A stretch of 64,000 nt of DNA, taken from Longimicrobiales bacterium. Its GTDB lineage: Bacteria; Gemmatimonadota; Gemmatimonadetes; Longimicrobiales; Gaopeijiaceae. The stretch is taken from positions 1,536,001 to 1,600,000 of the forward strand of contig OZ241892.1 of NCBI GenBank assembly GCA_965203485.1, given 5' to 3'. Both the position numbers and the translations under genes were made by a program. Of the stretch, positions 60,165-64,000 are shown piece after piece; within the stretch, counting starts at the first letter, position 1; every line of letters begins with the position of its first letter. The notes beneath the pieces were generated by a model that worked only from the letters and a program-made list of their open reading frames with translations, did not search any database and had not been told where the DNA came from.

Positions 60165-62984
60165 TCACGACCCGGCGAGCGCCGACCGTTTCCGCTCGAG
60201 GCTCTCGATCCGCCGGCTCAAGGACGCCGCCCGCTCGCGCTCGCGCTCGACCACGTCCGGCGGAGCCTTCGAGACGAACCCGGGGTTGCCGAGCTTGGCC
60301 CGCGCGGCCTTCAGCCGGCCCCCGGTGCGCTGGACGTCGCGCTCCAGCTTTGCGCGCTCCAGCTCCAAGTCGACCAAGCCCTCCAAGGGCAAGAAAAGCT
60401 CGACGCCGTTGCTCAGTACCGCCGCGGCTCCGGGAACGCCCGGCGACGGAGAGGCGTACGCGACGGCATCGACGCGAGCCAGTCTGCGGAGCAGCGCCTG
60501 CGCGCCCTCGACGAACGTTCGCACCGCGGCCCATCCCACCGTATCCGCAACGTCCCCCGCTCGTCCGTCCGCTTCCGCCTCTGCTTCGGCGCCGACCATC
60601 TCGGGCGACCACAGATGCAGCGTCACGCCGCGGCCCTCGCCCACCCCGTACTCCTTGCGCATCGCGCGCACGCGCCCCACCACGTCTTGGAGCCAAGCGA
60701 ACTGCCGCTCGGCCTCGGCGTCGTCGAACGCCGCGCGCGGCCGGGGCCACCGGGCGTCCACGAGCGGACCGCGTTCGCCCTCCGCGCGCGGAAGCCGGGC
60801 CCAAATATCCTCGGTCACGAACGGGACGATCGGGTGCATCAGGCGGCACACCGTGTCCAGCACGTGGACGAGCGTAGCGCGAGCGGCCTCGCTGCGGCGC
60901 CCGTCTTCGCCGAGTCGGTTCTTGGCCGCCTCCAGGTACCAGTCGGCGAATTCGCCCCGGAAGAAGTCCCGCAACGTCTCGACGGCGGCATGAAGGCGCA
61001 GCTCCTCCAGCTCTTCCGTGACCCGGCGCACCGCGGCTTGGCGGCGGGACAGAATCCACCGGTCCTCCAGGCGAAGGCGGCCGGCCACGTCCTGAAGGGC
61101 CAGCGGAGGGCGGTCGCCCGCGGAGAGCAGCACGAACCGCCCGGCGTTCCAGAGCTTGTTGACGAAGTTGCGGCCGGGCGCGAACGACGCTTCGAGGTCT
61201 TCGTGGTCCAGCCGAAGGTCCGCGCCCACGCCGGTTCCCGCCACCAGCGTGAAGCGCAGGGCGTCCGCGCCGTACAGGCGAACGACCTCGAGCGGATCGA
61301 TGCCGTTGCCAAGCGACTTGGACATCTTGCGGCCCTGCGCGTCGCGCACGGTGCCGTGCAGGTAGACGTCCCGGAACGGCGGCTCGCCAAGCGCGTAGCA
61401 TCCGGCCATGATCATGCGCGCAACCCAGAAGAAGAGTATCTCCGGCGCCGTCGAGAGCACGTGGCCCGGATAGAAGGCCGCCAAGTCGCGCGTCTTCTCG
61501 GGCCAGCCGAACACGGAGAAGGGCCAAAGCCACGACGAGAACCACGTGTCCAGCACGTCCGGGTCCTGCTCGAGGGCGCGCCCGCCGCAAGAGGCGCACT
61601 GCTCCGGGTCCTCGCGGGCGACGACGACCGCCTCGCAGTCGCCGCAGTACCAGACGGGGACGCGGTGGCCCCACCACAGCTGCCGGGAGATGCACCAGTC
61701 GCGGATGTTCTCCATCCACTGCTCGTAGACCTTCGTCCAGCGGCCGGGCGCGAAGCGAACGGCGCCGGTCCTCGACGCCTCCAGCGCGGCCTCGGCCAGC
61801 GGCCTCATCCGAACGAACCACTGCTCGCTCAACCGCGGCTCGACCACGACGTCGCACCGGTAGCAGCGGGGCACCGCGTGCGCGTAGGCGTCCCGCCCGG
61901 CGAGCAGGCCCCGCGCTTCCAGGGCCGACAGCACGGCTTCGCGGGCGCGTTCTCGTTCGAGTCCCCGGAACTCCTTCGGCGCGTTCTCGTTCACGACGGC
62001 CCGCTCGTCCATGACGCTCACCACGTCCAGCCCGGCGCGCTCGGCGATCGCGAAGTCGTTGGCGTCGTGGCCCGGCGTCACCTTGACCATCCCGGTCCCG
62101 AACGCCGGATCGACATGCGGGTCGGCGACCACGGGGATCGTCCGGCCGACAAGCGGAAGCCGGACGGCCGCGCCCACGAGCGCTTCGTAGCGGGGGTCGT
62201 CCGGCGACACGGCCACGCCGGTGTCTCCCAGCATCGTCTCGGGCCGGGTGGTGGACACCGTGAGGAACCAGCGTCCGTCCGCGGCGCGGTTCACGACCGT
62301 GGCGCCCGCGTCCCGGGCCCGGCGCGCGACGTCTTCGTGGCCCCGCGCCAGCGGGTAGCGAAGACTCCACAGGGACCCCTCCGTCTCCCGTCCCTCCGCC
62401 TCCTCGTTGGAGAGCGCGGTCAGGCAACGAGGGCACCAGTTGATGATGTACTCGCCGCGGTAGACCAGATCGTCCTCGTAGAGCCGCACGAAGATCTCGC
62501 GCACCGCCGTGGACAGGCCCTCGTCCAGCGTGAAGCGCGCGCGGCTCCAATCGCAGCTGCAGCCGATGGACTTGAGCTGCTCCAGGATCTGGCCTCCGGT
62601 GCGGTCCACGTGCTCCCAGACGCGCCGCACGAACTCCTCGCGGCCCACGTCGTGGCGCGACGCGCCCTCGGCGGCCAGCCGGCGCTCGACGACGTTCTGC
62701 GTCGCGATGCCGGCATGGTCCGTGCCGGGGATCCAGAGCGCCCGGCGGCCCTGCATTCGCCGCCAGCGGACCAGCACGTCCTGCACGGTGTTGTTGAGGC
62801 CGTGGCCCATGTGCAGGACGGCGGTGACGTTGGGGGGAGGGATGACGACGACGAACGGCTCCGCTCCGCCTTCCGACGACGAGGCGCCGAAGCTGCCGCT
62901 TCGCTCCCAGAGCGCGAGGACGCGGGGCTCGGCGGAACGCGGGTCGAAGACCGTGGGAATCGGCGCGGGGGCGTCTGCGGTCAA
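60165..62984 (-). CDS. valS: Valine--tRNA ligase
   Basis: PPPNVT..LHMGH, DHAGIATQ, TTRPET, DWCISRQLWWGH, KMSKS, C-terminal coiled coil. Confidence 0.98.
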   Translation of the reverse strand: MTADAPAPIPTVFDPRSAEPRVLALWERSGSFGASSSEGGAEPFVVVIPPPNVTAVLHMGHGLNNTVQDVLVRWRRMQGRRALWIPGTDHAGIATQNVVERRLAAEGASRHDVGREEFVRRVWEHVDRTGGQILEQLKSIGCSCDWSRARFTLDEGLSTAVREIFVRLYEDDLVYRGEYIINWCPRCLTALSNEEAEGRETEGSLWSLRYPLARGHEDVARRARDAGATVVNRAADGRWFLTVSTTRPETMLGDTGVAVSPDDPRYEALVGAAVRLPLVGRTIPVVADPHVDPAFGTGMVKVTPGHDANDFAIAERAGLDVVSVMDERAVVNENAPKEFRGLERERAREAVLSALEARGLLAGRDAYAHAVPRCYRCDVVVEPRLSEQWFVRMRPLAEAALEASRTGAVRFAPGRWTKVYEQWMENIRDWCISRQLWWGHRVPVWYCGDCEAVVVAREDPEQCASCGGRALEQDPDVLDTWFSSWLWPFSVFGWPEKTRDLAAFYPGHVLSTAPEILFFWVARMIMAGCYALGEPPFRDVYLHGTVRDAQGRKMSKSLGNGIDPLEVVRLYGADALRFTLVAGTGVGADLRLDHEDLEASFAPGRNFVNKLWNAGRFVLLSAGDRPPLALQDVAGRLRLEDRWILSRRQAAVRRVTEELEELRLHAAVETLRDFFRGEFADWYLEAAKNRLGEDGRRSEAARATLVHVLDTVCRLMHPIVPFVTEDIWARLPRAEGERGPLVDARWPRPRAAFDDAEAERQFAWLQDVVGRVRAMRKEYGVGEGRGVTLHLWSPEMVGAEAEAEADGRAGDVADTVGWAAVRTFVEGAQALLRRLARVDAVAYASPSPGVPGAAAVLSNGVELFLPLEGLVDLELERAKLERDVQRTGGRLKAARAKLGNPGFVSKAPPDVVERERERAASLSRRIESLERKRSALAGS

Positions 62985-63059
62985 CGTGGACTCTCTCGTC
63001 TCTCGGCGCAGTGGCGGGGCGAGGACGCGACCGGAGCTCGATGCCGGCGCGCCCGAAAG

Positions 63060-63935
63060 CTACCGGATGCCGGGGCGCTGGGCGGACGAAGCCGGCGGAA
63101 GCCCCCGTCGGCCAAGGGTGTCCGGCCTGGGCGACGGCGGCGTCCGGCGCTGCGCCGACTCCTTCTCCGCTTGCTCGGCGGCGCGCTGGGCCTCGCGGCG
63201 GAGCTTCATGAACTCCAGCCTCTCCTTCCACGTCAGCTGAACGGCTCGCGTGCCGGCCGCCCGGTCGATGTCGTTGAAGCGAAAGGCCCGAGCCGCCAGC
63301 TCTCCGTTGTAGTCGCGGCGGCCGGCGAAGCCGAACGGAACTGGGAGCGGCACTCCGCCGAGGTAGACGACGCCGTCCTGAGCGCCCCACTTCCGGCCCT
63401 CCGCGTCGGTATGGGTCCAGTCGGTCGCGCGGCGCAAGGCGGCATCCACGGCGGCGGCCGAGTCCGCCATGGCTTCGAGCGCCACCAAGATCTCCATTCG
63501 CAACAGCTCGTCGGGCGTGGGCTCGACGAGTTCGGGCGCAACCGGCAACCAAAGGCGCGGGTCTCCCTGACCCGCCCTCAATCGCTCTGCGGCGGGCCGG
63601 TACCCGGACGGGAAGCCGAAGCGCGGCCCGTCGAGCGCCGGAGCTTGCGGCGCGGCGCTCTCCGGCACGGACGCGTCGATCTCCACGGGTTCGTCCTGCC
63701 CGCTTGGGTCGCCCTGCTCCGCCTCGACGATCCTGACGGCCTGGATCGCGCGAAGCGCCGGAGCCGAACGCTGGACGCGAACGCCGGCGTCCGGCGGCCC
63801 GCCCGCCAAGACCGGGTAGAGACGGAGCACGACCCAGTGCAGCAACGCCGAGGCGACGAGACCGGCCGCGAACGGCGACGCGCCCTTCCGCACGGAGCGT
63901 TCGCGGGGCGCTGGAGGCTTGGCGGCGTGCGACAT
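63060..63935 (-). CDS. Hypothetical single-TM protein
   Basis: N-terminal anchor SALLH (TonB-like anchor motif), Pro-rich linker, DWT.TD.EG.KWG..DG..YLG, helical tail. Confidence 0.7.
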   Translation of the reverse strand: MSHAAKPPAPRERSVRKGASPFAAGLVASALLHWVVLRLYPVLAGGPPDAGVRVQRSAPALRAIQAVRIVEAEQGDPSGQDEPVEIDASVPESAAPQAPALDGPRFGFPSGYRPAAERLRAGQGDPRLWLPVAPELVEPTPDELLRMEILVALEAMADSAAAVDAALRRATDWTHTDAEGRKWGAQDGVVYLGGVPLPVPFGFAGRRDYNGELAARAFRFNDIDRAAGTRAVQLTWKERLEFMKLRREAQRAAEQAEKESAQRRTPPSPRPDTLGRRGLPPASSAQRPGIR

Positions 63936-64000
63936 GTCCCTAGAAGTGTACCACCGCGACGGCGGCCGAGCCCGCGACAGGCGGACGGCGGCCCCGCGGC

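Overview
High-GC (roughly 70%) bacterial chromosomal window; gene content and order suggest Gemmatimonadota, possibly a marine or sponge-associated lineage (inference only). The right ~36 kb is mostly housekeeping: POT transporter, rluB-scpB-scpA-S2P, rpsT, pyrR-pyrB-pyrC, NhaC-family transporter, tadA, lexA-like, gltX, a two-RND efflux operon, ispG, tRNA-Ser(UGA), purH-purN, MBL hydrolase, IscA/ErpA, gmhB, selA, valS. The left part holds a partial RND/TolC operon, a cold-shock gene, a peroxiredoxin operon, a DUF1592-DUF1552-ankyrin operon and a DUF5916-like outer-membrane protein. The most striking locus is an 11.5-kb adhesin-like gene (21 copies of a ~127-aa repeat, 4 cadherin repeats, an Ig-like domain and an autotransporter-like barrel). 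Its likely upstream ATG is followed directly by a C26 homopolymer that is out of frame as assembled (candidate phase-variation switch). Its N-terminal repeat is low-GC and divergent, and an internally deleted IS1380-like remnant lies just upstream. Two core genes look like pseudoenzymes: PyrC lacks substrate- and metal-binding residues, and LexA lacks the Ala-Gly site and Ser/Lys dyad. All calls come from reading motifs by eye; no database searches were run and many start codons are estimates.
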